A stretch of DNA of 56,031 bases, filler included, from Sphacelaria rigidula (Eukaryota), in the NCBI GenBank assembly GCA_964200075.2. It is 6 parts of 6 records of this genome, joined end to end, with 100 filler letters (N's around TTAATTAATTAA, not from the genome) between each part and the next. Parts side by side here need not be neighbours in the genome. Positions count along the whole stretch, not along the records: positions 9,357 to 18,612 come from CAXNAA020008910.1; positions 18,713 to 27,968 come from CAXNAA020008911.1; 4 more parts are not named here. One strand, given 5' to 3'. Every line of letters begins with the position of its first letter. Position 1 is the stretch's first letter. The notes beneath the pieces are model-generated. The model was not told the DNA's origin. It worked only from the letters and a program-made list of their open reading frames with translations, and searched no databases. A program made the position numbers and the translations under genes. Shown here piece by piece: positions 10,291-23,964 of the stretch.

Positions 10291-12904
10291 GTGAGTTCGA
10301 TCTGGATCCGGACAGACACGCAAGTCCTCGCACTCGCCTGTACCGTGCATGACAGGTAGATGGAAGAAAGTCAGTATACTCCCCCCACGTGAAAAAGGGG
10401 GCGGGCGTGCTTCGGGGAGGGCGGGGGCACTGAGGAGAAGAGTCATCCTACGATAGGGGGGGGGGGGGATTTGGTTNNNNNNNNNNGGGGAAAAGAAAGG
10501 GGAGAAGGAGAGGGAAAGGAAAAAAAAAGACAACCTAAGAAGGGGGGGAGGGGGTATTTGTTTGCACGAAAAAAGAGGCTCACAAGTGTGTCAGACATCC
10601 TTCCACACTTGCGTTGTGCTTCGTCCGAGCTGAAGTAGGGCGTAGGGTGGCTGAACATTCTGCTGAGGCCCTGCAAATCTCTTTGTCCGCGGATTCAGGG
10701 GGAGGTGGGGCGAACTACGACGGCGTGATGTCCGGCTATGGTATCTCATTCAACTTCTGGCGAGAGTTAGTGTACCCCGCCCATACTCCTGTTGGAATAG
10801 CGGGATGTTCCTCGGACCCGATGAACCTCACGCCGAGGAGTGCCGTAAGAAGTACGCCGAGCTCAGCAGATGTCAGTGATTGCCCGGGGCGAACATAAAT
10901 GTGCACTAGAAGCACCACTCCAAGCTGTCAAAGACTTTTGCTAGCTTTAGGATAGCCTTGCGCGGGGGGGCGGGGCAGGGGGGGGGGGGAGGCGGGGCGG
11001 CATGACGACGCACACCTTGGGGTAATGTTTTATGTATTGCTCTATCGACCTCACCTCCTGTATGGCCTTGTCCTACTCACTCGGCTTGGGTATTTCGTCG
11101 AGTATTCCTTGGGGTGTTTCCGTCGCCATTTGGGCGAGTGTTTTTGCTTATGTGTCCGTTGCCCTTTCATTTGTTTTGAATTTTTCCCTGGTTTTCACTT
11201 TGACTTTCATTTGCCTTTTGTTTCTTCCTGCTCCTTTTTTGCATTCGATGGTTTAATTTTTTATCCAGATCATTGCGGTCGTCTTGTGACCATAGCTGGG
11301 TTCGTAGCGGATGGATTATTATGTCATAAATGTATCAAATCAATACATTCAAGGAAGGGACTTCATCAACTTCAGGCCGGTACCCACCCCACCCCCGCCT
11401 CTCGATAATGGAGAAATACCTCGAGTAAATGTTATTTTCTCTGTTTCTTGAACGGTACGCACAATAGAGCAATACACCGCCCACGGCCCACCTGCAGGTG
11501 AGCAGCTAGAAAATGACGAGTTTTCGCTGTCTTTGAAGCCCAAAACCGACGACGTTTCGCTGCCTTCGGATGAACCGTTCGGCCGCGGGTCTGAACACAA
11601 CGGCTGATGTGAAGAGAACACGTGATGGTGTACACTCACGACTGACTGTCTGCAGCGGTACTGTACTGTACTGTACTGTACCGTACCGTACTAACCGTCC
11701 ATAATTTTGATCGTGCGGGCAAGTGCTTCCTGGTTTTGCAACCGTCAGATTCAAAGAAAACATACTGCCATTTCGTGCGGTACTGTTTTGTATGCCAGGG
11801 TACTGAATTATACCGGGACGTTCCTTTGGGTCGATTGTGATGAAAATACGTTGAGGAACCCCTTTTCTTCGCGTTTCTTTGCCAGTACGCGCGATGGGTC
11901 AATGTCCTCTCCATCCACAGCCCGCCTGTGCGTCAGCACCACAAAACTGAGGCGATTTCGCTGCCCGCGAATTTGGCGTTCGGCCACGGGTCTGAACAGA
12001 TAGGCTGATGTGAAGGTGATAGGTACTTGTGTACGAGTACGGCTGTTCTAGCAATACTGTACTGTACATTACTAGTCAATCGACCGTGCGGGCATATGCT
12101 CTAGATTGCGTCAGTGTCAAGAGGTTAAGCCGCGTGTATGAGGAACACGAGTTGCCATGCAATACTCAGTCAGTAGACAAGACAAGAGCCCGACAACGGG
12201 CTGGAGTAGTCAGCAGAGTGCACGAGGCTGTGTAACTCCTGTTGATGTGTACAAGATATTATTTTGACCTTACCTGTAGGTTTAGTATATCTCTTCGTTA
12301 AATGCTTGGTCTCAACCTTCTGCTTATCCAATCTCTCACGTTTAATTTCTCACGTTCACTCAATAACCTCACCGATGCTTAGCTTCCTTGCAGAGAGCTT
12401 GGTGGCAGGTAGTAGTGCGGAACGATGGGGAGGTGCTCGCGGGTCGGCAGACAGGCACCCCCTCGCTTTTGTACCCGTTCATACTCGTATCCACCAACTC
12501 TGAACAGACCTGCACTCTTCGAGATACCCTGCACCAATATTTGTCTAGACTCATTGACGGGTCTGAGCGTGATGACAGGCTAATATGCTAGACTACTATG
12601 CTCCTTCATGACACTAACCCACCCAGACGAACCATTATTACAGCTTCGACAATATATCCTCAAAAGCAGCGAAAACTAAGGTTTTTCTTTATTCGTAAGG
12701 TCAGGAGCGGCTAATGCAAATAAAACACGCCTAAGGGAATACTCCCGACCCACTCCCACACCTCAGAGTAAAGAAAGCAGAAACTAAACTGCTTCGAAAC
12801 GCGGAAGCACAAAACTGCTGCCGCGTGCTAGAAACCAACGAAGAAGCACACAATACTTCGGCGTCCTAGCAAAACGAGCAAACAATCAGGGGGGGTACAA
12901 CAGG

Positions 12905-13050
12905 GAGCAAGCAGCGCCAGCTTCGACCTGGGGGATTCCAAAGGGACAAAAAGGGGCAAGTTACTCCAGCTTTGACCTGGGGAATTCCAAAGCGGCAACA
13001 AGGAGCAAGCTACGCCGGCTTCGACCTGGGGGATTCCAAAGGGAATAATG
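12905..13050. repeat. ~49-bp tandem repeat x3 downstream of the Gypsy pol
   Basis: GCAAG..CC(A/G)GCTT(C/T)GACCTGGGG(G/A)ATTCCAAAG occurs three times in tandem. Confidence 0.85.
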
Positions 13051-13315
13051 GCTACATCAGTAACAGGCGGCCAACGCAAGTTGGTCGGAAGTAAGAAAAG
13101 CAAATCTGAAGAGTTGGTGATCCAACAAGATCCGGCCCCGTCGAAAAAGAGGGGACAGCAGAGCTCCGGTAGTCGTAGGTGGCGAGCGGCTCCTGTTCGA
13201 CCATGGTCCGGGGGAAGGTGATCCTGTTGCGGATGTCGTAGAGTAGGGTCCTAGTGGAAAAAAGGGAGGGCAAAAGCCCAAAGAAAAGAAGAAATATGAC
13301 GGTGGGGGGCGTGGT

Positions 13316-16300
13316 TCACAGCGGTGCGTGCACGTCGTGGGTGTGGTCGATGTTGCGCTGGAGACCGTGGCGAAGTCCTTTGGACTTGAGGCACTGAAGA
13401 CACCAAGATCCGCGTGGTGCAGATGGACTGGTGGTGTATAGCGCAGGCCGGAGCTTAAGCTGTATGGGTCCCGCGTCACCGATGAAGCGCACGATGTATG
13501 TGTCAGCAGAGACTAGATAAGTGGAGTGAGGCTGGCCCAACCACCAGAGGTTGTCGCTGCCTTTGAACCACAGGTAGGAGCCCTTGGTAGTGTTTTCTAA
13601 TTTGCGAAGAGCTTTGCTTTACAAATCTCGGTGGGAACCAGTTCGTAGCCATCGGCGACAAAGGGTAAGCCTTGGTCGCGGTGCAGTTCGCAGGCTGCTG
13701 CGCCACGACGCATGTTGCGGTATCTCTTGTTGTGAGCAAGATGCTGATGTTGGGGTTGCGTCCAGTATAGAAGGATTGCACGGCGGTGCAATTGAAGGTT
13801 GGATTCGCGTTCCCAAGAAGCTCTCCGAAGACCTTGCCAGTGGGTCTTATACATGACGGCAATTTTTCCGCCTCGACCACGAGTGATTTGGTGGCCGGAT
13901 ATGGCGGAAACCGTCAGGCGGAGGGGCTGTTCCGTCACGTCATCAGTGGTGACGTGGTAGGGCGGAGACTTAGTCGAGTAGCTGTTGAGAACGTACTGTG
14001 TAAGTCTTGCAGGCAGGTATTTGGGCATGTCACTTGTATCATGCGGGCTCGTGCATGGTTTGCTCCTGTGCACAGAGACGCGGGGTTTGGTGTCTTTGCC
14101 CTGAAAGTCGCGAGGAAGATCGAGATCGAGGAGTTTGTCGCCAACGGGTTTATCATCCGGTGAGGATGGCGAGGGACCGGCTGTCAGAATCTTGAAAGGT
14201 CCTGTCCAATTGAGGGACAATTTTGCCTTCAAATATTTTTCGTCGGCTGCCTTGCTGATACCCTGGCGGATGGTCGATAGACTGTTGTAGACCCAAACCC
14301 AATCACCAACTTTTCGGTTGGGGCGTTTGTGCATTAGGTTGTAAAGAGCGGTGTTAAATCGCTCCAGGCGCGAGGCGTTGCTAGCGTGTTGTTCGCGCAC
14401 GAGGGTGAACGTTTTCGTTGTCGTGAATGCGCTAGCTCATGATAGGATATCTAATCCTGATCCAAGCCTTGTTGGCGCATCGGACGTGTGTCTTTCAAAC
14501 ACGGTGATGGGTAGCCGGGGGTAACGTCCAAGATGGAGTTCGTTCGGAGGAAGGTCTGTGGCGGCACTTAACCGAGTTATTGTTGGACAACATAATGTGC
14601 GAGAGATGTAGGTCCCAGTCATTTTGGCGGTCGTTAACAACCATGGAGAGCATTTGGGTCATGGTGTGATTAGCTCGTTCCGTACCACCGTTGCCGTTAG
14701 GGTGGTAGGCGCTCGTGGAAATGCGGATGCCCAGGAGCTTGTAAAGCTCCCCAGAAAGATCTGAGCAAAATTGCTGACCATTATCTGAAAGAAGTCGTTT
14801 CGGGCAACCGTAGTGCTTGATGTAGTTGTGAACCAATATATATCGGCCGTTCCTGCTGCAGTGAAAGCTGCAGCGGTTACCGCGTACATGGACGCGTGAC
14901 GACTGAAGCGGTCAGTGAAGAGTAAGATGTAGCTCTTGCCGCGACCTGTGGGCGGTAGAGGGCCGAAGTAGTCAAAGGACACAAGGTGGCCGGGCGCGTT
15001 GGGGAGTCCTATGGAGAGGATTGGCCAGCGGACTGTCCGCCGTGAAGTCTTTTGAGCTTGGCATTTGAAGCATCGCCGAATCCAAAGGCGGATGGAAATT
15101 TCCATACCAACCCACCAGTAAAAGCGTTCCAAGAGCGCTAGGATGCGGATGACGCCAAGATGACATGACAAGTCCGCATGACAGCCTTTCATGACCCAGG
15201 CGCGCATTGATATTGGAACATATATGCGCGTGGGCTCATCATCGAGTAGTCGTGCGTGGCGTCCCGTGGTGGAGGTAGTGATTGCGCCTGCTAAAGGCGT
15301 GGGTCGACGCACGAGTAATTGCACACCTTCGTCCGTGGTAAAAATCGTGCCTTTACGCACGAATTCATATACCTCGGAGATATCTGGTGGTGGGCAGTGT
15401 GCCAACAGGAGCCAAACGTTCGGGCGGGAAAGGAGCTGGGTAATCGAGGAGTAAGTAACGGGTGGCTGCGCGACATAGCGGTTCTGCGTTTTGCTCGCGA
15501 GCCCAGTCACGGTGAGAGTAGCTGGCGAGAAACTCGCGCAGTTGGTCTTCCGCTGGAGATCCAACCAAACATGGTAGGGTAGGTAGCGGGGGAACAGGTG
15601 ACGGGGCAGAAATGCCGACGTCAATGTCCGCGTCGGGAGCGGGGAAGAAGGTCCGCGGCGGAGTTGAAGTTATGCGCGGCGAAGAAGGTCCGCGGCGCGT
15701 GTTGTGTGTTGCAGTAGTGACTGCGGAGCGTTGCGGGTCGGTCCGTAGGGCCGGCGCTGCGTGGCTCGCAGAACTTGTAGCTGCCATCGGTGGCGGCGGG
15801 GCACTTGGGGGGTTGGTGCGGGCGGCAGACCGAGAGCGCGTGTTGTCTGAAGTCAGGTGAATAACGGAGGGTGTCTCCGTGAGACGCTTGGCGCGAGTAC
15901 CAAGGGTCCAAAAATCGACATCATCGGAGGTTGTGGGTTTTCACCCACCCAAGACGGCGCCGTAGGGCAGAGGGCGAGGTTTGTCCATGTGCATACCAGT
16001 TTTTGGACATTGAAGGTCAAGGGCGTAGACTGGCGTCGAAAAACGTCTAATAGGTTAAATCCCAGGTTCGTCGGGTTCCATTAGACGGCAAGCCGGGCTG
16101 GAATCTGCGGCTGCAGGCGGCAGGGGTAATCGGGAGAGAAGATCAGCGTTCCCGTTGTTTTTGCCTGGACGATGTTTAATGGTATACTGGTATGCTGTTA
16201 GAAACTCCAACCAGCGTTGTACACGCGGGTTGTGTTCGCCGACCTTGGTGAGTTGCTCGAGTGCCCCATGATCCGTGTAGATTTCAAAGGGCACGTGAAA

Positions 16301-18290
16301 CAGGTATTGTCGAAGGCGCTTAATGGCCCAGGTGATAACTCCGCTTTCCCGTTCTAACGGGCTCCAGTTGGCCTCATTGGGCAAGGTGGCGCGACTGATG
16401 TAGAAAAGAGGTCGAACAGAGCCATCAGCCTGAGGTTGATTCAAAACTCCTCCGAATCCGTCTGTGCTAGCGTCAGTGTGGAGTTGAAAAAGGCGAGAGC
16501 CGTCTTGCACTGCCTTCCAATCAGGGAAACAGAGGACCGGTTTTTCGGTGAGCGTTTTCAGCAATTCGCGGGTGATATTTTCCATCTCGGTGGTGAAGGA
16601 AAACAGGGCTTCTTTCTTGAGTAGCTCGGTGAGGGAGCGTATCCGTTTAGATAAATTCGGCAAATATTTGCGGTAGAAAGATAGCCCGCCCAACAATGAG
16701 CGAAGTTGAGAGATGTTGGTTGGCATCGATAAGTCAGTCATAGCCCTGACTTTGTTCGTATCCGGATGTAGGCCTGCGGGTGAGATGGAGTGCCCCAAAA
16801 AATCCAAGTCAGTCTCACCAAGGCGAGCCTTGGATGGGGACAGTTTCAAATCGTGAGTTCGCAGTCAAGAGAGAATTTTTCGCAGAGTGCGGACATGTGC
16901 AATAGCTGAGGTATCAAAAGCGACAGCGTCATCTAGGTACATGATGATGTGCTCGAGGCCCTCCGTAACGCGTTGCATTAAGCGTTGAAAGCATCCTGGA
17001 GCGGTGGCAGCGCCTTGTGGCATTCGAAGCCATTCATAAAGCCTGGACAAGGTATAAAACGCCGTAAGTGTGACTGTGTCAGGGTGGATAGCATTCTGAA
17101 AGAACCCAGAAGCGAGGTCGAAGGTGCTAAATATATTTTCTTCACCTAAGGAGTCGAAGACTTCATCAATGCAGGGGATTGGAAGCTTACCGATCACGGT
17201 GACTGACGCGGTTCAACCGCTGGTAATTCACGGTGATGCGTATGCTTCCATCCTTTTTAGGAACAACCACAAGTGGCGAGGCCCAAGGAGAGGAGGAATG
17301 TTGTATTAACCCTGCTCCCAAATACGCATCCAAGATGGCGTTAACCTTTTTGGTAAGGATTGGGTGCGTCCTGTATGGTCGGGAAGAGATCGGCGTGACG
17401 CGGGTTGGAGGGTAACCTCAAAGGGCAGTGTTTTGCAATGTCCAAGATCCGTGTTGGATCGGGAAAATCGGTCTTGGTACTCTACCAGGACATCACTGAG
17501 TTCTTGGATGATTGCCGGTTCCCAGCCGGACCCATGAAGGTCAAAATTGATGTCGCGCATGTGTGGCGGCAGCTGGTTCCATATGTGCAAGAAACTCTTC
17601 CGAGAATCTGGTGATAAGCGTTGAAGCACTTCAGCAGGAGAATCGGAATTTGACTGGGCAGGATCCACGGTGTGGACCTGGGGTGAAGTCGCGGAGGCGA
17701 GGTCTAAATAGGGTTCAACGACACGGTGGACTGACTCCGCCGGAGATGTGGCGTTTGGCGCGGCAGGCTCTGTGACGCACGTCTCAAGTAGGATGTGCAT
17801 CAGGGGAGCAGCGGCGATTCCTAATACATCGCCGGGTTCCAAGTTAGCATGGCCCATAAGAGGGAGGAGTTGTTGTTCCGCCGACACAGAACATGTTCTG
17901 TGTCGGCTGGTGCGCCAATACGGGGTAAGATTTCGGCAAGATACTGGCCCGTGAGTGCTGGCATGCCATTTCGGCGAACAATGTACGGGTTTTCGGGGAT
18001 GACTAGCCCCTCCGCTTTGCACATCTTTTGATTGTGCCCCTGTTGTTCCCGTCCAGTGCACTCGACCGTTCACTGACCAGGACTGCTGTGACGAAGTCCT
18101 TTGTGCAGGACTTGGTGGATCCGGGCGCGGAGCAACAGCGCAAAATGCCACGCGCTAACGAGGCGATGCTTTGCTTTTGGAACGCGGCATCAGACAGTGG
18201 CATTCTGATTGGAGTCAGGGGCGTGGTACTTGCAGGGACTGGCTCGAGTGGTGTTGAAAAACATCGATCCTGAGGTGTTTCGAACAATGA
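13316..18290 (-). mobile_element. Degenerate Ty3/Gypsy (chromovirus-type) LTR retrotransposon pol: RT, RNase H, integrase, chromodomain; frameshifted, gag/PR and LTRs not identified
   Basis: RT (LPIPCIDEVFDSL, FSTFDLASGFFQ, YEWLRMPQG, IMYLDD; ~17400-16500). RNase H (FQLHTDASTDGFGGVL, FEIYTDH, HRPGKNNGNADLLSRL). Integrase HHCC (CHADLSCHLG..YWWVGM..CFKCQ) and core (FDYFGPLP, LLSDNGQQF, SAYHPNGNGGTER). WTGPFKI and chromodomain (MYKTHWQGLRRASWERESNL). The order RT-RH-IN indicates Gypsy. Confidence 0.95.
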
Positions 18291-18612
18291 CGCGGTCCTC
18301 TAATCACGCGGTCCTCTCACACATTACACCCGTAGTCACTCATGGCCTGTCCACCGTGAGAACAATGCAGACTGTCTGTACTATATACGAGGGGCTAAGG
18401 TATTCCGCTTAATGCATTTCACAGTCTCTTCTGTGAAAGATGCAAAAACAACTGCGACCAAACCAGGGGTGCAGGAATGAAAAATTGTTCACCTATGTCC
18501 CATTTTCTATTTTAAACCTCTCAGGGGGCGGGGGGGGGGGGGGGGGGGGGTAGGGTACTAGACCATCATCCCCCCCCCCCAAAACCCAAAACAAACTCCC
18601 CAAAAAACCCAT

Positions 18613-18712
18613 NNNNNNNNNNNNNNNNNNNNNNNNNNNNNNNNNNNNNNNNNNNNTTAATTAATTAANNNNNNNNNNNNNNNNNNNNNNNNNNNNNNNN
18701 NNNNNNNNNNNN
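18613..18712. other. Artificial contig linker
   Basis: N44-TTAATTAATTAA-N44. Confidence 0.97.
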
Positions 18713-21419
18713 ACGGGGTTTGACAAGCGGATAATCAGTGCTGACGCCGTACCCTGCGGCGATAGCAATATTTTATGCTGCGCTGCGCTGCCATATGTAT
18801 CACTATAACGAACGCTACTGTTGTACTCTGCTAGCTGTTGTCGCTGTACTTGAGGGGTGATGTACGGCACTGCACTACTGAACTCTACTCGCGCACTGTT
18901 TGTTCTCTGTTCTCGCAATACCGGCTGTGCCATCATGTACAGCCACCGGCATGATCATGTACTGTACTCATGTAGTGTCCTACACTGAATTACCTTAAGG
19001 TACCAAGGTACGACACTATACTCGAAGGATTGTTTACTGCCTGCCTGCTCTTCGGCTTCATGCACGAGTACGCAGTATCACACTTATGCAGAAAATGACC
19101 GTCTGTGTACAGACCGTTTCACGAATCTGTGATACCGTGCTATCTGTGCTATAAAATGGTCCCTTTTTTCAAAATCGGGGTCGCAAAAAAATCGAGATTC
19201 GCTGCCATAAAAGTGGGTCGTACATTTCGTTCAAAATCGGGCGCTACTTCGAAGTTGAGCGCGTCCCGTAAGAGTTGGTCTCATTCGTGTCCACAGCGAA
19301 ATTGGAAAATATAGAATGCAGCTTGGGATTTGCAACGCCGACTAAAGTTCGTCGAATTAATATGACTGAATAGGTTCAAAAACGATGGAGCGAACACACC
19401 AATCGCGAGCATAACAGTAGAGCTCAACGGCGCAGTAACAGGGACATATGCAAACGTACGAAGGGTAAGGAGCGCCACGATTGGTACGAATGAGCAATCA
19501 TGCTCTCGCTTTGGAGTAGAAATTCGTGGAGTTGAACAAGGTTGGTCTGAGGGATATATCACCATATATGCAAGAAATGAAAACTAATACCATTGACGTA
19601 CCGTCTGAAGCTACAATGACAGAGTTGCGAGGTAACGTGCAAGTACAGCCTGGCCGTTTTAAACATCACTGTCTATACATGGCTTTCGATCCATTTTCAC
19701 GCCTCGGGCGCCGGGCATCCATTCTGGGCAAATATTGCCCGCTGACGGCCCCCTAAAACAATTCAGGCGCGCTAGGGGGTGTTTGTGGAGGTGTTCGGGG
19801 ATATGAGAGCTGTTTTTGAAAGCGCCATGTTCGTATTATCGATGTTTTACATCGTTTTGAGTGGGGGTATAGACCAAACTTTGGCAGCACCATAGAACTG
19901 GCGCAAACGTATTTGATGTAGGTCCACATCACGCTTGCCCCCCCTGTGGTACCAGGTGCCCGTGAAGCCGCTTGTGTGCAAAGGGCGTGGCTGCGTACCT
20001 GACGTCATTGGTAAACTTGACTCGGCCGTCATTCCCGTACGGTTCGGAGCTCCCCGCCACCAAGCGAGCCGCGCTGTCATAGCTTATTGCTTGCTCCTCT
20101 GCCACGAAGGAAAGGTCTGAAAACGCACCGCACGATGGAGTTACGGGAATGTGAAAAAGAACGTAACGTATGCTAGGTACTTAGTTGCCAACAACTTCCA
20201 ATGCTTTCTCGCAACCAAAGTGGCTCACACATGAACGCAAGACTCGCTGCGTGACAGACCAGGCACCTCATCCGCTTCCTCGAGCATCGCATTCGATTGG
20301 GGGCACGCGAAAAAAGTCCAGACTATCGAACATGAGAACGCGGGGACGGAAATTGATATTACGCATCTAGCAAGCACCCGTGCCGCAAAAAAAGTGAAAT
20401 ATCTGACAAGTGTGGTTACCGCTAACCGAATATTCCTCACATGGTAGAGGTCCATATAAAACGATATTTTGACATGTTTTTTTGTCAGTGAATGTCTTTG
20501 TACAAACGTTCGTGCCGTGGGGTTACCCGGTTACCGTATAGCAAGCGTGCTTCTCTAGTAGGTGATTCAGGTATTGTAGGCTATTTGATGACGAGGAGCT
20601 ATGTGTCATCATAGTGTTGTACAATTCTTCAACCGTGTTGTTCAATTCTTAGTTCAGCAAGCACTGGGCTATATAATCTATCAAACTCCCGCTACTCATT
20701 TTGCGTACGATGGGCACTCTAGTGAGGGATTGGGTGATCTCGTCTGCGGCAACGGTGCAATAACACGCTAGCGTGACAGTCGACAATGTGGTTGAGTACG
20801 GCTTCCACCATGTGGGGTACTGAGGAAGTAGAGCAAAGATCCGAAGACGGTTTCCAAGAGGGGGGTCGATGTAAGGACAGGTCTGCGGCAACGTTTATGG
20901 CGCAGATCTCGAATCAAGATCCTGATATATTTCACCGAAGCAGTACAGCGGATAGAACAAGAGACGGGGCGCCGCCACACAGGTCGAGGAGGTGGTGGGG
21001 TGGAGGAGACAGCGGATTGGGACAGTGCAAGCGCTCCAATTCAGATCACTGGGCGCCGGGTCATTGCATCGTCATGCATTGGTGCAAGTGGAACAACGCT
21101 CGGTGGATCGTCCGATCTTGGACCGCCGTACGCAGGAAGGGGGGTAGAAGCTACGCGCACACACCCATCAGGGCCTTGCATCCATGATCCAGAAGGTGGT
21201 ACCACGCTGGGACCTGATGCAGTAGATCGGCATACCTAGAAGGCCAGGTGGAAGCTACGATCACACACCCATCAGGCGATTGCGTCCCTGATTCAATAGG
21301 TGACGCCGGACTAGAGCCTGGTAGAGCACGTGATGCTAGGTTGGGACTTGGTTCTGTGTGTGGCGCTGGGTTGGGATAGCCAAGAATAGAGATGGACGAT
21401 GTTGATGGTGCGCGTTGAC

Positions 21420-23960
21420 ATGCAGGCAAGGTGGAATATCGGCACCTCCGGTCTCTTGGAAACACGAGGATATATTATCAAGAACAACGCCTGGTCTCAA
21501 TTCAAGCGACGAGTAGGGAGGTATGCAGGACTGGTTGGGTTTCACCGTGCTCTGTTCAGGTAACGACACTGCGTCCCACAATGATGAGGAGGCACCTGTG
21601 GAGTCGGGTGAATTCATGAGATAGGTTAAGGGAGCAACGTTCGCGTAATATTTCTTGCATCATGTGACAACGAATGAGGTAGCCAATTGTGTGATTGATC
21701 ACACAATTACCATGGCAGAGTCCGATTCTGGTGGATGGACGGAACTTGACAAGCACTATTATCCCAGAACAATTGACACAGGGACAGATATATCGGGAAC
21801 GTTCATAGCAATGAAGCACTTCCACGGATCTGCTCCAGTAGCAAAGTGTGAGCGCCTTCATGGTCGAGGTGCCCTCTGGGGACAGATTGTTCCCGGCCAC
21901 TTTGTAGTTGACAGGTGTCTCTAGGTCCGTCCTTCTGATTACTCGGCTGTGAAAGACAATCTCCGAATGGAGACGAATCTTTCTATAGAGAGGGCGACTC
22001 CGTCATCAGGGATAAGCGTCTGTTTCCGAAGATATCTGGAGGTGAAAAGAGGGGGGACTACAGCCACGCACTGTTTGCGTCAAGACGCCCACGCCCCACC
22101 CCGGGCAACGGGCGTGAGAGCAAGACCGTGGAGCACCACAAAGGTGCACCTAGCGCTGGCAAGATACAGGTAACACCCACAACGGGGGGGCTCTCACAAT
22201 CGGTTTGTGAGTCGAAGGGACCCGCGAATGGAGAGAAGGGACTCACGATCGATCTGTGTTTCGGCTGCAACAAGCCGGGGTATTCGCGCGCCTCTTACCC
22301 TGATTGCGTACCTCCTCAGTAAGGAGGTAAGAGTTGGCTTCTTGGCCGTTGAAACTACCCAATGCGAGTGTGCGTCCGGCATGGGGACTCCTGGGGGTGA
22401 ACCTGAAACGGCTAGGGTGAGGTTTGGATCGCGGATAGTGGTGCGATAGCGCGCACGGATCGGTTGAGTAAACACACGGTGGGTTGTAAGAAGTGTAAAA
22501 ACAACTGTGTGGCGCTCACCAAAAGACAGGTAGCCCCGGTTGCTAAGTGCGGGAAGGTGTGCGTCTTGATTGTGGATCATGGCGTAAAGTTCAAGATATG
22601 CCGCAGTAGTGTGACCCACGTACGAGCTAGGCGTGAACCTGCTCTCACTACAAGTGGCTAGACCCGAGCTGCCAACCAGCTTGTGGGATTTCGAAATTGT
22701 GACCACGACTCCAGCTGAGCAAGACCCTTTGTGCCCAAAGGTAGACCGATGGGACATTTTGACGGTCAGGCCTTCCATCGCCACCTGCTTCACCTGATAT
22801 CCCTGGGGACAAACCTGCTATGCCCACGACATCCCAAGCCCCCGAACAAAATGATCATCAATCCTGACAAGGTGAGTATAAACCTGTTGCACCAATCATA
22901 TATCATTATCACGAGGGTTTTTCACGTAAAAAGTCGACACAACTAGGCTTTCCTCTGATGGAAGAGCTGTCGGAGTGCAAGGGATGCCCTCTGGTCAGGC
23001 GGTTTCGCAAGCACACCTCTACGTCGACTGACACACGTGGACTGCAGCTTCTGGACTAAGCGTTCATAGATAAAGTTTGATGCTAAACGTATGGACAGTG
23101 TTGGGAGGGACGAACTACTCGATATATATATATGGATCTAATAAGGCCGAGACAAGTCGAATATCACTAGCCTACTGCTTCTCAGGACTTCCTCGCAGGT
23201 GTAAGAGACACAGTTGTACCGTCGGTGGCAAAGATAGTAAAGATGGACGATAATGGCGCACTTCGTGAATTTTTCAGTGACCTCTTCATTACCAGAGTCA
23301 TGCGGCAAGACTACACACTGACAGGCAGCCCAGAAGATAAGGACGTAGCTGAAACGCAATAGCTCTGGTAGAACAAACAGCAATGGACGCTCGCATCTGA
23401 CCCGACGCGAGCTGTAACGTAGATGTTCCAGAAAATGTGGACAAAGTTTCCTCGTTGGGCAGCTGATGCGTTACATCCTTCGGCAGCTGTGCCAACCCGC
23501 ACAATACATCTGCGAATGAGATGTTCCCGTGAAACACCAGAAATCAAACCCCTCTCCTATCTCAAGTTGGTATGCTGCAAGTACAAGAAAGTCTTGAAAT
23601 CATCGCCCGAAGCACAGGCGAGTGTTTTCATTTGGAGCCTGCGTGTAATTATCCTCGCGACGTACTGACCACTCGCAATGTCACATGATGTTTGTGTGAT
23701 CCCCGTACCCTCGCAAGAAGCGGCTCCTTCTTCGACGGGAGGGGAGGGATCCTCGTGAATTCTCGGGAGGGCGGACAGCTACGAGCAGTTCTACTCCGAA
23801 AGGTCGGATGCCGGTGGAGGTGAGGGATCTTCGCTCCGGGTACTGGTTGTGATGAGTGCATAACGACGGGGGACGCGGGTGAGGTCCGAGCAACCTTGCT
23901 GTCGAGAACGCCCTTTCAAGCGTCAGTCAAGAGCAACTGCTGCATCGCCAGAGTCTCCAC
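21420..23960 (+). mobile_element. Heavily decayed Ty1/Copia LTR retrotransposon (gag, Zn knuckle, protease, integrase); may extend 5' to ~20700
   Basis: gag-like WTELDKHYYPRT. Decayed knuckle CFGCNKPGYSRASYP (~22255). Protease WIADSGA (~22425) and LGVNLLSL (~22630). Integrase HHCC remnant LLHQSY..H..ECKGC (~22880-22990) and core FLAGVRDTVVPS..DDNG, ALVEQTAMDARI, PRDVLTTRNVT. The order PR-IN indicates Copia. Many stops and frameshifts. Confidence 0.8.
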
Positions 23961-23964
23961 GTCT

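Noticed and set aside
12020-12760. 3' LTR of the Gypsy element
   Set aside because: The position is plausible, but there is no second copy in the contig and no clear TG..CA/PPT boundary that I can support.
18524-18600. G/C homopolymer runs as functional G-quadruplex elements (also ~9214-9237, 10960-11000, 55561-55581)
   Set aside because: They are simple homopolymers, often at or near contig ends or gaps, with unreliable lengths and no further evidence of function.
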